64,000 bases of DNA from Shigella phage ESh15. The notes under the pieces were generated by a model. That model was not told the DNA's origin. It saw only the letters and a list, made by a program, of their open reading frames with translations, and did not search any database. The stretch lies in the sequence record ON528725. One strand, given 5' to 3'. Both the position numbers and the translations under genes were made by a program. Positions 44,376-57,481 of this stretch are shown in pieces. Each line of letters opens with the position of its first letter. Positions within the stretch are counted from its first letter, which is position 1.

Positions 44376-44684
44376 TTACATAAGAAGCAAACGTTCTACC
44401 GGAGTACCATCAACCGAAATTACTTTATCAAGGCGGAAAGAACGCCACTGACCTAACTTGGTATCGAATGCTCGAACTGATTCACGAGGTTCATAACGAA
44501 CTTCTGTTGCCGGATTGTTATTTTCATATTTGACTTCAAGTTCATCGCGCGAAGCAAACATAGTGCGTACCTCACCGTTAGCCTTTTCAAATACAACACA
44601 ATGAACGCCTACAGACAGAATAGTTTTAATACGTTCACGAAGAACCATAGTTTCTTGTTCAGTTAAAATCATATTATTCACCAC
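44376..44684 (-). CDS. Hypothetical protein (position of T4 31.1/31.2)
   Basis: 102-aa ORF between cd and gene 31. Confidence 0.6.
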   Translation of the reverse strand: MVNNMILTEQETMVLRERIKTILSVGVHCVVFEKANGEVRTMFASRDELEVKYENNNPATEVRYEPRESVRAFDTKLGQWRSFRLDKVISVDGTPVERLLLM

Positions 44685-45255
44685 AAAAGTTTCGAATTTG
44701 TTCCCAATTCAGAGAACGAAGATTATTACGAGAGTACTGAATTACTTCAATACCAGCTTGTTTAAGAATGTCTGCCCAATTTTCAGGAGATCGGTCATAT
44801 AATTCTGCATATACAACCTTTTTAATACCTGACTGCGTAATAGCTTTAGTGCAATCAGGACACGGAGAAAGCGTCGTATATAACGTAGCACCTTCAATAG
44901 AATTACCTTTACGAGCTGCAAACAAAATTGCGTTCAGTTCCGCATGGATTTCGTTATTAGCAGACCATGCACTATGAGCGGCCCGGTGTTCTTTAGCCAA
45001 AACAAAATTATCGGCCCGTCCAAATGCTGTAGTGCCTTCTTTATGTCCAGCAACGATGACCGGACTTGGTTTATTCTTCAACCAGCCTTGTTCAGTAGCA
45101 TGGTCACAACAGTTTATACCACCTGAAGGAGAGCCATTATATCCAGTAGAGATAATGCGTCCATCTTTTTCAATGACTGCGCCAACTTTCCATGAACAAC
45201 ATTTTGATTCTTGAGAAATCAGATATGCAATCTGAAGGTATGTGCTAGCTTTCAT
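44674..45255 (-). CDS. cd: dCMP deaminase
   Basis: 193 aa as in T4; zinc-binding HAE and PCxxC motifs; near-identical to recalled T4 Cd. Confidence 0.95.
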   Translation of the reverse strand: MKASTYLQIAYLISQESKCCSWKVGAVIEKDGRIISTGYNGSPSGGINCCDHATEQGWLKNKPSPVIVAGHKEGTTAFGRADNFVLAKEHRAAHSAWSANNEIHAELNAILFAARKGNSIEGATLYTTLSPCPDCTKAITQSGIKKVVYAELYDRSPENWADILKQAGIEVIQYSRNNLRSLNWEQIRNFCGE

Positions 45256-46247
45256 TATTGAACCTTATTAATATAAGTTAACAGCTCTTTAGTTTGTTCC
45301 CAACTGATGCACGCATCGGTAATGGAAACGCCATAGGACATATTATCAGAAATTTTTTGATTTCCTTCATGTAGGAACGATTCTATCATAATTCCTTTGA
45401 CCAAATCATTAGCTGCTAAATTTTTACCAATACCAATTTGATTGCTATAATGCCCATCAGCGTTTGCATGGCTACAGTCAACCATTACATAATGATTCAG
45501 ACCTACTGCCCTTGCTTTGTTAGAAGCTTCTTGAATATCAGAAGAATGATAGTTTGGGCCATTGGTCCCACCACGCAATACGATATGCGTATTCTGATTA
45601 CCTTCAGCTTCAACAATGCCTACAGTACCATCGACGTCCATACCCATATACCGATGAGGCCAGGCGGCACTATACATCGCGTCTGTAGCTACTTTAATAG
45701 AACCATTGGTTGCGTTCTTAAAGCCTACGCACATCGGTAGACCTGAAGCAATTTCACGATGTGTCTGACTTTCAGTCGTACGGGCGCCAATAGCAACCCA
45801 TGAGAAAATACCAGAAAGATACTTAATCGTGAATGGGTCTAATACTTCAGTTGCTAATGGAAGTCCCATACGTAGAAGTTTACGACACAATGTTCGTGCA
45901 ACTATAAGACCGTGGTTCATATCAAAACTTCCGTCAAGATATGGATCATTTACAAGACCTTTCCAACCTACGGTAGTTCGAGGCTTTTCAAAATAAACGC
46001 GCATCACTAACAGAACATTAGGAAGACGAGTTTGAAGTTCAGCCAGACGTTTGCCGTATTCAACAGCAGCAATAGGGTCATGAATTGAACAAGGACCTAC
46101 AACAATAAGTTTGCGTGGGTCTTCACCGTTCATAATCGAATTAACTTGTTCGCGATGAGAAGCCACTTGTGATGCGTAAGCTTCCGACAAAGGAATAATC
46201 TCAGCCAGTTCTTTTGGAGAAATAAGTTTTCCGACGACAGGTAACAT
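45255..46247 (-). CDS. Class-I DAHP synthase (3-deoxy-7-phosphoheptulonate synthase, AroG/F/H-like)
   Basis: 330 aa; conserved blocks VGPCSIHDP, VMRVYFEKPRTTVGWKGL, GARTTESQ, ILRGG, ESFLHEGNQ, SITDACI.WE shared with E. coli AroG; stop overlaps the cd start (TAATG). Confidence 0.85.
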   Translation of the reverse strand: MLPVVGKLISPKELAEIIPLSEAYASQVASHREQVNSIMNGEDPRKLIVVGPCSIHDPIAAVEYGKRLAELQTRLPNVLLVMRVYFEKPRTTVGWKGLVNDPYLDGSFDMNHGLIVARTLCRKLLRMGLPLATEVLDPFTIKYLSGIFSWVAIGARTTESQTHREIASGLPMCVGFKNATNGSIKVATDAMYSAAWPHRYMGMDVDGTVGIVEAEGNQNTHIVLRGGTNGPNYHSSDIQEASNKARAVGLNHYVMVDCSHANADGHYSNQIGIGKNLAANDLVKGIMIESFLHEGNQKISDNMSYGVSITDACISWEQTKELLTYINKVQ

Positions 46248-46367
46248 AACAATCCTTAGGAGATATAAACAGATTCTGATTCAACAATACCTTTAACCGG
46301 ATTAGACAGGCTAAGTTGGTAGTGCTCAGATTTATGACCATTCTCTATAGTAATGAGATAGCTCTCA

Positions 46368-46604
46368 TTATAGTGTTCCATATACTCGAGTTGCTTCAAC
46401 AAGACCATCACTGCCTAATTTAAGATTAGTAATTTGGTCACCATCTTTAGGATTAACGATTATGAGAAAAGAACGTGGAGATTCTTGAATAACTCGTAAT
46501 GTTGCATCCTGGAAACGTTCAGACACTTTATTGATGAGTGCTTGAGCAAATTCTTTTACTTTAATCTGAAATTCGTGTACTGTAATTGGATTTTCACTTA
46601 GCAT
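46368..46604 (-). CDS. Hypothetical protein
   Basis: 78-aa ORF with GAGGAA RBS and early-type promoter upstream. Confidence 0.6.
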   Translation of the reverse strand: MLSENPITVHEFQIKVKEFAQALINKVSERFQDATLRVIQESPRSFLIIVNPKDGDQITNLKLGSDGLVEATRVYGTL

Positions 46605-46632
46605 TTCGATTTCCTCATTTGTTGGTAGAGTT

Positions 46633-46662
46633 ATAGTACCACAACTCCACCATGTTGTAAAC
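46633..46662 (-). promoter_or_regulatory. Early-type promoter GTTTAC-N18-TACTAT
   Basis: Minus-strand GTTTACaacatggtggagttgtggTACTATaact. Confidence 0.5.
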
Positions 46663-46664
46663 CA

Positions 46665-46940
46665 TTAAATTGCTTTGCATTCAATTTTTTGTGTACCGAA
46701 ATTGATATCACATTGGATAACTAAATCGCCGTCAAGATCAAATACCACTATGACGTGTGCAGACCCAGGGAGAAGAGTAATAGCAATAGAATCTACTTGG
46801 TCTGGGAGCAAAGCATTGAGTACATGAGTTAGTTGAGCATGAACTCTGAGTTCGGCTGCATTATCAAGCACTTCAAACATATTATTAGCAATAATCTGAC
46901 TGAAGACTACCTTTACAATTTCAGAATAAGTTGGGAACAT
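46665..46940 (-). CDS. Hypothetical protein
   Basis: 91-aa ORF in the cd-pseT early cluster. Confidence 0.55.
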   Translation of the reverse strand: MFPTYSEIVKVVFSQIIANNMFEVLDNAAELRVHAQLTHVLNALLPDQVDSIAITLLPGSAHVIVVFDLDGDLVIQCDINFGTQKIECKAI

Positions 46941-46947
46941 AATTACC

Positions 46948-47172
46948 TCAGTGCACAGTATTTACTTTAACTCGAACAACAAATCGCTCGGTTGGTTCAC
47001 CTACAGGAACAAACTCTACATGATATTCGCCTTTGTAACGAGTATTCAGATCATTACGAATTCCTGCGAGTTTGTTGATTAATGTAGGACTCATATTAAG
47101 TCCCACTAGTTTACGAAGCATTTTGTATGCTTCATCTTCGATTTCATGATGTTTATCGTACATAGTTTTCAT
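46948..47172 (-). CDS. Hypothetical protein
   Basis: 74-aa ORF in the cd-pseT early cluster. Confidence 0.55.
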   Translation of the reverse strand: MKTMYDKHHEIEDEAYKMLRKLVGLNMSPTLINKLAGIRNDLNTRYKGEYHVEFVPVGEPTERFVVRVKVNTVH

Positions 47173-47343
47173 TTAACCATTCAATTGCCTGGTCGACGTT
47201 ATCAAATATACCACCGTCCAAACGTTCTTCATGCTCATAGTCCAGCACATCAATACCGAACTGTCCATTTACTAAAGGCCAGGCTACAAACAAATATTCT
47301 TTATGCTGTTCGACGGCCTCAATCACTTCATATAATCGTTTCA

Positions 47344-47344
<1 letters not shown>
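47153..47344 (-). CDS. Hypothetical protein
   Basis: 63-aa acidic ORF; start overlaps the pseT stop. Confidence 0.55.
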
Positions 47345-48430
<1,086 letters not shown>

Positions 48431-48431
<1 letters not shown>

Positions 48432-48730
48432 TATTTTATTCCTAAGAAAGCTTCAAGAATACGAATGTTATGTTCGCGCCGGTCTTTATTAATTTCAGCA
48501 ACGTTTTTATTAATTGACGTGCTTCTAACGTTTGAAGAAATAAATTTAATCATATGACTTTTGAGTTGTTGCAAATCCAACCCTTTTTCTTTAGCCGCTT
48601 TACGAAGAGCTTTACCTGCTTCATCTAGTGCCTTTGCAGCATCTTTGTCATAATTGTCGAGTGACATTCCATGGCAGATATCAATATACTCATCAGAACG
48701 TTTGATGTAATTCTCTAGTAATGTTTTCAT
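48431..48730 (-). CDS. Hypothetical protein
   Basis: 99-aa ORF. Confidence 0.55.
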
Positions 48731-48787
48731 TTAGATTTCCTCAATTATCCATAGGAGCATTATACTCTGCTCCCGAGAGTTTGTAAA

Positions 48788-49012
48788 CTATTTTACTAAA
48801 GATTCAATATACTCATGAAGAGCTTTAGTCGCTACTGCCCATTTGTTTTGGTATTCATTTTTCAGATTAGCACGAGACTGAACTAACAAGCGGTCATTAG
48901 TCGGAGGCAAAGATTCTAATCGTTGAATCTGGCGCCCATAAATCATAGCCGCCATTTCAGATTCATAGATAAGCCCTTTAATGTATTCATACTGTTCTTT
49001 AGTCATTGGCAT
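48788..49012 (-). CDS. Hypothetical protein
   Basis: 74-aa ORF. Confidence 0.55.
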   Translation of the reverse strand: MPMTKEQYEYIKGLIYESEMAAMIYGRQIQRLESLPPTNDRLLVQSRANLKNEYQNKWAVATKALHEYIESLVK

Positions 49013-49293
49013 TTTTCCTCTTTTAAACCACTACGATAATAACATAACATAGACTTCTGGTCATGTACATATCTTTTTACGTCGTTTAACCAGATACGAA
49101 ATTCTTGAGAGTCTTCAAATGGCATTCCAACCCATGGATTACCATCAATAACCTTTACTTGCCATTTCTGGTTATATTCAACAATAGATTCAGGCCATGG
49201 CGGATGTAAAGTTTCTTTAGGGCTTAAGGGCACATCCTGGGCACATCCAGCCAAAATGCCAATAGATAATACAACTGCGGTTAATTTAATCAT
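49003..49293 (-). CDS. Putative outer-membrane spanin lipoprotein (T4 pseT.2-like)
   Basis: 96 aa; N-terminal signal with lipobox LAGC; immediately downstream of and overlapping a TM/coiled-coil partner. Confidence 0.7.
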   Translation of the reverse strand: MIKLTAVVLSIGILAGCAQDVPLSPKETLHPPWPESIVEYNQKWQVKVIDGNPWVGMPFEDSQEFRIWLNDVKRYVHDQKSMLCYYRSGLKEEKCQ

Positions 49294-49646
49294 TCTGAGA
49301 GCTTCCTGAGGTCTTCTGCAAAGGAATCAAAGGACCTGTTGATTTGTTTTTCGACCAATCCTGGCTTACTTGCCACCACGTTCTTCTTCTTCGAATCCTG
49401 ACGGAGCTTTTCATTTTCGGCCTTAAGTTGGTCAACTAAAACACGGTTCTTATAAGTCATTTCTTCGATTGACTGATATTGAACTTTGAAGTCGTCTAAT
49501 ACTTTAGCATTGTTTTTAGCAGTCTCTTTAACAGAAGCCAATTCAGTATTCAACGAATCAACTTTGTTGTTTAAGACAACTATTGTTACAGTAGAAACTA
49601 GAGCAAAAGCTGCTACTATAGCGTAAATCGGATTTACTTTAAGCAT
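49290..49646 (-). CDS. Putative inner-membrane spanin (T4 pseT.3-like)
   Basis: 118 aa; N-terminal TM segment followed by a charged coiled-coil-like region. Confidence 0.7.
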   Translation of the reverse strand: MLKVNPIYAIVAAFALVSTVTIVVLNNKVDSLNTELASVKETAKNNAKVLDDFKVQYQSIEEMTYKNRVLVDQLKAENEKLRQDSKKKNVVASKPGLVEKQINRSFDSFAEDLRKLSE

Positions 49647-50134
49647 GTTTTAATAATCTCAATGATTTCATCTCGGGACAATCCATTGATAAGAACGGTT
49701 TTCAAACCATCACACTGGATTTTGTACGATTCAAACAATACACACAACTCTTCTGCTGTATGATATGGACTTGAGATTCCGAGGCGGTTGAATTTGTCGG
49801 TAAGAGGGTCACAAATAATGTAGAATTTTATACCTGCGATATGTACGTTGGGTTGACTAATATTAATGAACACATTAGCATCATATTTAGTCAAATTGTT
49901 TTGAAGAAATTCTACCATAGCATTAACTGCTTCTGGCATCGCTTCGCGTTTCTCTTCAGCATATCGGGTTGAATATTCCTTTTGCTTTAACTTCTTTTTA
50001 GCATTTTTCGCTAGAGTAGTACGAAGGTCCGTAAGATAACCAACTGGACGGCCTTTCTTAAAGACCTGGATTCCATCTGTAGAATCACCAAATGCTGCCA
50101 CAACCATATCGTTAGTAATCAATTGCATATTCAT
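49634..50134 (-). CDS. alc: Alc, inhibitor of host transcription
   Basis: Start reassigned to the Met with GAGGAG RBS 6 nt upstream (166 aa; T4 Alc 167 aa); synteny next to rnlA. Confidence 0.75.
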   Translation of the reverse strand: MNMQLITNDMVVAAFGDSTDGIQVFKKGRPVGYLTDLRTTLAKNAKKKLKQKEYSTRYAEEKREAMPEAVNAMVEFLQNNLTKYDANVFINISQPNVHIAGIKFYIICDPLTDKFNRLGISSPYHTAEELCVLFESYKIQCDGLKTVLINGLSRDEIIEIIKTCLK

Positions 50135-50164
50135 AATTTTCTCCTCGTGTTGTTGACAAAAGCC

Positions 50165-50194
50165 ATAGTAACACCATCCTTGGTGTTTGTAAAC
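50165..50194 (-). promoter_or_regulatory. Early-type promoter GTTTAC-N18-TACTAT for alc
   Basis: Minus-strand GTTTACaaacaccaaggatggtgtTACTATggc. Confidence 0.5.
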
Positions 50195-50196
50195 CA

Positions 50197-51330
<1,134 letters not shown>

Positions 51331-51347
51331 TCAGTTAGTTTTTTTTA

Positions 51348-51377
51348 ATTGTACCACAATCCTTGTGGTATGTAAAC
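51348..51377 (-). promoter_or_regulatory. Sigma70-like promoter GTTTAC-N18-TACAAT for rnlA, with embedded palindrome
   Basis: Minus-strand GTTTACataccacaaggattgtggTACAAT; 8-bp palindrome TACCACAA/TTGTGGTA in the spacer. Confidence 0.45.
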
Positions 51378-51787
51378 TACTTTTTCTTATGTTGGATATT
51401 CCAAGGCGGGTTGAACTTTTTGATAAAAAGTGGTTCTTCAAGGTCCATTGTTGCGATGGTCATTGAACCAAGTTCGTTGGTGACTGAAAGGTCAAAACAT
51501 TGGCGGGCCCAGAATTCAACCTTTTTGCCTTGCATTAAGGCATCCAAAATCATAAGTGATTTTCTTGAATCTGAAGTCTGGTCTTTTCGATTTATGGCTG
51601 TTCGATAATAGTTAATGCGTTTCTTTAAATTCTTGGTTTTACCAATATACACAAGTTCGTCATCTATAGCAATAGCGTATATGACATTTTTCTTATTAGG
51701 GACATCAACTGTTTTAATTGTTGCATCTTCTAATAGCTCCAATTCTGTATATTTAATAAAGGAATATTCGGCGGCAATATCTTTCAT
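51377..51787 (-). CDS. denA: Endonuclease II (DenA)
   Basis: 136 aa as in T4; GIY-YIG-like VYIGKT..N..RI; near-identical to recalled T4 DenA. Confidence 0.93.
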   Translation of the reverse strand: MKDIAAEYSFIKYTELELLEDATIKTVDVPNKKNVIYAIAIDDELVYIGKTKNLKKRINYYRTAINRKDQTSDSRKSLMILDALMQGKKVEFWARQCFDLSVTNELGSMTIATMDLEEPLFIKKFNPPWNIQHKKK

Positions 51788-51795
51788 AATAAAGT

Positions 51796-51809
51796 GGGAC
51801 CGAAGTCCC
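51796..51809 (-). other. Intercistronic hairpin GGGAC-TTCG-GTCCC between nrdB and denA
   Basis: Perfect 5-bp stem with UUCG loop on the minus strand; no U-run. Confidence 0.4.
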
Positions 51810-51813
51810 GTCC

Positions 51814-52992
51814 TTAGAAATATTTTTTGTATGAATTGATTACATTTTGGTCTACATCATTATCAATTTGTGCGACAAGATAAGAACTGATTTCAACTTC
51901 CTGAGGAGCTGCTTGAACTAAATCAGAGTTCAGATATTCACGAATCCAAGGATACGGATGCTTGGTCGGAGCATCAGTGATTGGGCATGGCAAACCACAC
52001 TGTTTCATACGAGACACAGTCAAGTAATCAACAAAAGCGCACATGCTCTGCGTATTGATACCAGGGCATGTACCGTCTTTAAAGAGGTGTGCAGCCCATT
52101 CCTTCTCTTGACTATTTACTTCCATAAAAATGTCAACTGCTTCTTGTTCACATTCTTTAGCAATTTGAACCCACTCATCACCGTCAGTACCAGATTGAAG
52201 TTGACGGATAATGTACTGAGTACCCTTAAGGTGGAGTTGTTCGTCACGAGCAATGAACTTCATAATCTTTGCATTGCCTTCCATAATTTCCATGTTTTTA
52301 TGGAAGTTAAAGGTACATGCGAAAGATACATAAAAACGAATAGCTTCCAAGGCGTTAATTACATGAAGGCAAAGATAAAGAGATTTCATTAGCTCACGCT
52401 TCCAATATGTCTCATGCCCAATAGCATCTTCAATAACGTCTTCGTCTGCATTAATTTCTTTTTGGTATTCGATATCAGCTTTAGCGTTTTCCCAATAACG
52501 AGTTTTAACCAGAACATCATCGTAATATTTACCTATTGATTCAGCTCGTTTCATGATTGCTTCGTCTAATACAATCTCATCAAATACCTTAGATGGATCG
52601 GTATAAAGATTTCGCATAATATGAGTATATGAACGAGAGTGAATAGTTTCACTGAATGTCCATGTTGCAACCCATGTATCTAATGAAGGGTCGGAAATCA
52701 ATGCCATAAGTACCGCAGATGGGGCCCTGCCTTGGATAGAATCTAATAATGATTGATACTTAAGGTTGTTTGTAAAGATGTCCTGTTGGAACTGAGGAAG
52801 CTTATTGAACTGCGCAGAGTCCAACATCAAGTTTACCTCTTCTGGGCGCCAGAAAAACGACAATTGCTTTTCAATAAGTTCTTCAAAAACTTTATGACGC
52901 TGAATATCATACCGTGCAAGACCAAGGCCGGAACCAAAGAACATCGGTTCGTTCAAAACATCGACTTGCTGTGTATTAAAAACTGTACTCAT
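51814..52992 (-). CDS. nrdB: Ribonucleotide reductase small subunit, uninterrupted
   Basis: 392 aa continuous ORF; no intron-sized interruption. Confidence 0.95.
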   Translation of the reverse strand: MSTVFNTQQVDVLNEPMFFGSGLGLARYDIQRHKVFEELIEKQLSFFWRPEEVNLMLDSAQFNKLPQFQQDIFTNNLKYQSLLDSIQGRAPSAVLMALISDPSLDTWVATWTFSETIHSRSYTHIMRNLYTDPSKVFDEIVLDEAIMKRAESIGKYYDDVLVKTRYWENAKADIEYQKEINADEDVIEDAIGHETYWKRELMKSLYLCLHVINALEAIRFYVSFACTFNFHKNMEIMEGNAKIMKFIARDEQLHLKGTQYIIRQLQSGTDGDEWVQIAKECEQEAVDIFMEVNSQEKEWAAHLFKDGTCPGINTQSMCAFVDYLTVSRMKQCGLPCPITDAPTKHPYPWIREYLNSDLVQAAPQEVEISSYLVAQIDNDVDQNVINSYKKYF

Positions 52993-53046
52993 TATATTTT
53001 CTCACTTAGTTATAACTCATCCATGAGTAAATTATAATCAAAAGTC

Positions 53047-55302
53047 TTAAAGCTTACAAGCAGAGCAATCTTCGGCTTTAGGTGTTTCTAATTCGTAGTC
53101 ATCTGTACCTGACCCATCACGAGTGTTATGATAGTAGAGATTTTTTCCGCCAAAGTACCAGAAGTAAAGCAGATCGTCAAGCATTACTGACATTGGCACT
53201 TTACCTTTCTCAAATACTGCAGGGTCATAGTAAGTATTAGCAGAAGCAGATTGGCACACCCATTTCAACATGATAGCAACTTGGGTCAAATAAGGTTTAT
53301 TACCTTTCTTAGCAAGTTTCCACGCGTAGTCGTAAAGACTCATGTTATGTTCGATATTAGGAACAACCTGTCGGAAGTTGCCTTCTTTAGATTCTTTAAT
53401 ACTTACAGGTCCACGAGGTGGCTCTATACCGTTTGTGCTATTTGAGACTTGACTGCTTGATTCGCATGGCATGAGTGCAGACAACGTTGAGTTACGAATT
53501 CCATGTTCTTTGAGTTCAGCTCGAAGTTCTTCCCAGTCACAGACGTAGTTCGGGGCTGCGATTTGGTCAATCTTTTTATTGTACCAGTCGATAGGTAATT
53601 CGCCTCTAGACCATTTAGTGTCTGAATAATACTCACAAGGTCCTTTTTCTTTGGCGAGTTTGATTGAAGCTTTGATAAGGCCATATTGCAATCTCTCAAA
53701 CAATTCATGAGTCAAATCGTTAGCGTCTTCATATGAAGCAAAGTTAGAAGCTAACCATGCAGCATAGTTCGTCACACCAACACCGAGATTTCGACGCTTT
53801 TTAGCTTTTAAAGCTTCTGGAACCGGATAATCTTGATAGTCTAACAGGTTATCAAGTGCACGTACTTGTACTTCAGCAAGTTCATTAATTTTATCTTGGT
53901 CTTGCCAATCAAATTTATCTAATACAAAAGCAGATAACGTGCATAAACCAATTTCAGCATCAGGACCATTCACATCATTAGTTGGAATAGCGATTTCACA
54001 ACATAAGTTACTCTGTCGAATTGGAGCTTTTTCACGAATAAACGGAGTGTAGTTATTCGTATTATCAACAAACTGTGGATAAATTCGAGCAGTACCAGAA
54101 CGTTCAGTCATGAACAGTTCAAAGAGTTCTAGTGCTTTGATTCTTTTCTTTCTGATTGTTGGGTCTTTTTCAGCTTTCTCATAAAGTTCACGGAATTTAT
54201 CTTGATCTTCAAAGAAAGAGTAATATAGTTCGCCTGACATTTCGTGAGGGCTAAATAAAGTAATATAATCATTTTTACCAAGGCGTTCCATCATGAGGTC
54301 ATTAATCTGAATTCCGTAGTCCATATGTCGAATACGGTTTTCATCCACACCTTTGTTATTTTTCAGAACCAACAGGTTCTCTACTTCTAAGTGCCACATC
54401 GGATAATACGCCGTAGCAGCACCACCACGAATACCACCTTGAGAACAAGATTTTACTGCAGTTTGGAAATGTTTCCAGAATGGAATAACACCAGTATGAC
54501 GAACTTCACCCATACCAATCTTAGAACCTTCTGCACGAAGCATACCAACGTTGATACCGATACCAGCTCGTTTAGAAATATATTCAATAATTGATGCTGA
54601 AGTTTTGTTAATAGATTTTAACGAATCACCGGCTTCAATAACTACACAACTAGAGAACTGGCGAGTTGGAGTACGAGCACCTGCCATAATTGGGGTAGGC
54701 AATGAAACTTGATGAGTAGAAACAGCATCATAAAAACGAATAATATGTTTCAAACGGTCATGAGTTTCGTCTTGATGTAAGGCCATACCAATAGCCATGA
54801 TAGCAAACTGTGGAGTTTCATAAATCTTCCCAGTTGTTTTATCTTTAACCAGGTATTTTTCTTTAAGCTGCATAGCACCAGCATAAGTCAGGTCAAAATC
54901 TCGTTCATGTTTAATTTGAGAATCGAGATAAATGATTTCTTCTGCAGAATATCTAGACAATAACTCAGGGTCGTATTTGCCTTCATTAACACAATATGAG
55001 ATATGGTCGATAAAAGCAGGAGGTTCAAACTGTCCATATACGTCTTTACGAAGCGCAAACATTAATCCTTTAGCGGCAACATATTGATAATCAGGTTCTT
55101 CGACAGAAATCGAGTTAGCTGCAACTTTAATACAAATCTTCTGGATATCTTTGGTGCTCATCCCATCAACCAGATGAGTCTTAATTTCTTCATACAATTC
55201 GTATGGGTCAATTTGTGTTCCTTCACATTGCCAAGTTAATACTTGAATAATTTTCTGTGCATCAAAATTTTGGGATACCCCACTGCTCTTAGTTACTTGC
55301 AT
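53047..55302 (-). CDS. nrdA: Ribonucleotide reductase large subunit
   Basis: 751 aa vs T4 754 aa; C-terminal ...CSACKL. Confidence 0.96.
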   Translation of the reverse strand: MQVTKSSGVSQNFDAQKIIQVLTWQCEGTQIDPYELYEEIKTHLVDGMSTKDIQKICIKVAANSISVEEPDYQYVAAKGLMFALRKDVYGQFEPPAFIDHISYCVNEGKYDPELLSRYSAEEIIYLDSQIKHERDFDLTYAGAMQLKEKYLVKDKTTGKIYETPQFAIMAIGMALHQDETHDRLKHIIRFYDAVSTHQVSLPTPIMAGARTPTRQFSSCVVIEAGDSLKSINKTSASIIEYISKRAGIGINVGMLRAEGSKIGMGEVRHTGVIPFWKHFQTAVKSCSQGGIRGGAATAYYPMWHLEVENLLVLKNNKGVDENRIRHMDYGIQINDLMMERLGKNDYITLFSPHEMSGELYYSFFEDQDKFRELYEKAEKDPTIRKKRIKALELFELFMTERSGTARIYPQFVDNTNNYTPFIREKAPIRQSNLCCEIAIPTNDVNGPDAEIGLCTLSAFVLDKFDWQDQDKINELAEVQVRALDNLLDYQDYPVPEALKAKKRRNLGVGVTNYAAWLASNFASYEDANDLTHELFERLQYGLIKASIKLAKEKGPCEYYSDTKWSRGELPIDWYNKKIDQIAAPNYVCDWEELRAELKEHGIRNSTLSALMPCESSSQVSNSTNGIEPPRGPVSIKESKEGNFRQVVPNIEHNMSLYDYAWKLAKKGNKPYLTQVAIMLKWVCQSASANTYYDPAVFEKGKVPMSVMLDDLLYFWYFGGKNLYYHNTRDGSGTDDYELETPKAEDCSACKL

Positions 55303-55389
55303 ATATTCCTCAGTATAGGTTGATAGACATTACTCCAAACGGGATAGTATTTATCCCGTTAATTTATTATATACTTTTAAACTGAAGCG

Positions 55390-55644
55390 TTAATTATTCT
55401 CAGCAATAATTTCTTTATATTCTTTAGGAGTCAAGACCGTGATATCGAAATAAACCAACGGTTCTTTTTCTATACCATAACCACCACAAAATTCACGATA
55501 TTCATAAATTCGTTCATGTGAATGGCAAATGAATCGTTCACCTTTAACTGTGATTTCACTATTTGGTGAAGGGATATCCAGTTCACTTGGATTTTTCATT
55601 TCAAAAATTGTGGTGCCATATGAATTAATAAAACGTAAAATCAT
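55390..55644 (-). CDS. Hypothetical protein (position of T4 nrdA.1/nrdA.2)
   Basis: 84-aa ORF between td and nrdA. Confidence 0.6.
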   Translation of the reverse strand: MILRFINSYGTTIFEMKNPSELDIPSPNSEITVKGERFICHSHERIYEYREFCGGYGIEKEPLVYFDITVLTPKEYKEIIAENN

Positions 55645-55645
55645 T

Positions 55646-57341
<1,696 letters not shown>

Positions 57342-57351
57342 TTTATTCTCC

Positions 57352-57420
57352 TTAACAAGCTTTAATCAAAAGATATAAACAAACTAACATAACCACTGCC
57401 ATAATATAAGGTGCTAACAT
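57352..57420 (-). CDS. Candidate 22-aa hydrophobic micropeptide
   Basis: ATG with GAGGAA RBS 6 nt upstream; product MLAPYIMAVVMLVCLYLLIKAC; stop sits just upstream of the next gene's RBS. Confidence 0.35.
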   Translation of the reverse strand: MLAPYIMAVVMLVCLYLLIKAC

Positions 57421-57481
57421 TTTGATTTCCTCTCATTTGTTTTGATAGGACTACTATAACATAGCCCTATCTTGTTGTATA

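Noticed and set aside
46255-46374. Possible 40-aa ORF and TATAAT/TACTATAG-like elements in the 120-bp gap upstream of the DAHP synthase gene
   Set aside because: No convincing RBS for the mini-ORF and no GTTTAC -35 at proper spacing; cannot tell a promoter from chance AT-rich sequence without transcript data.
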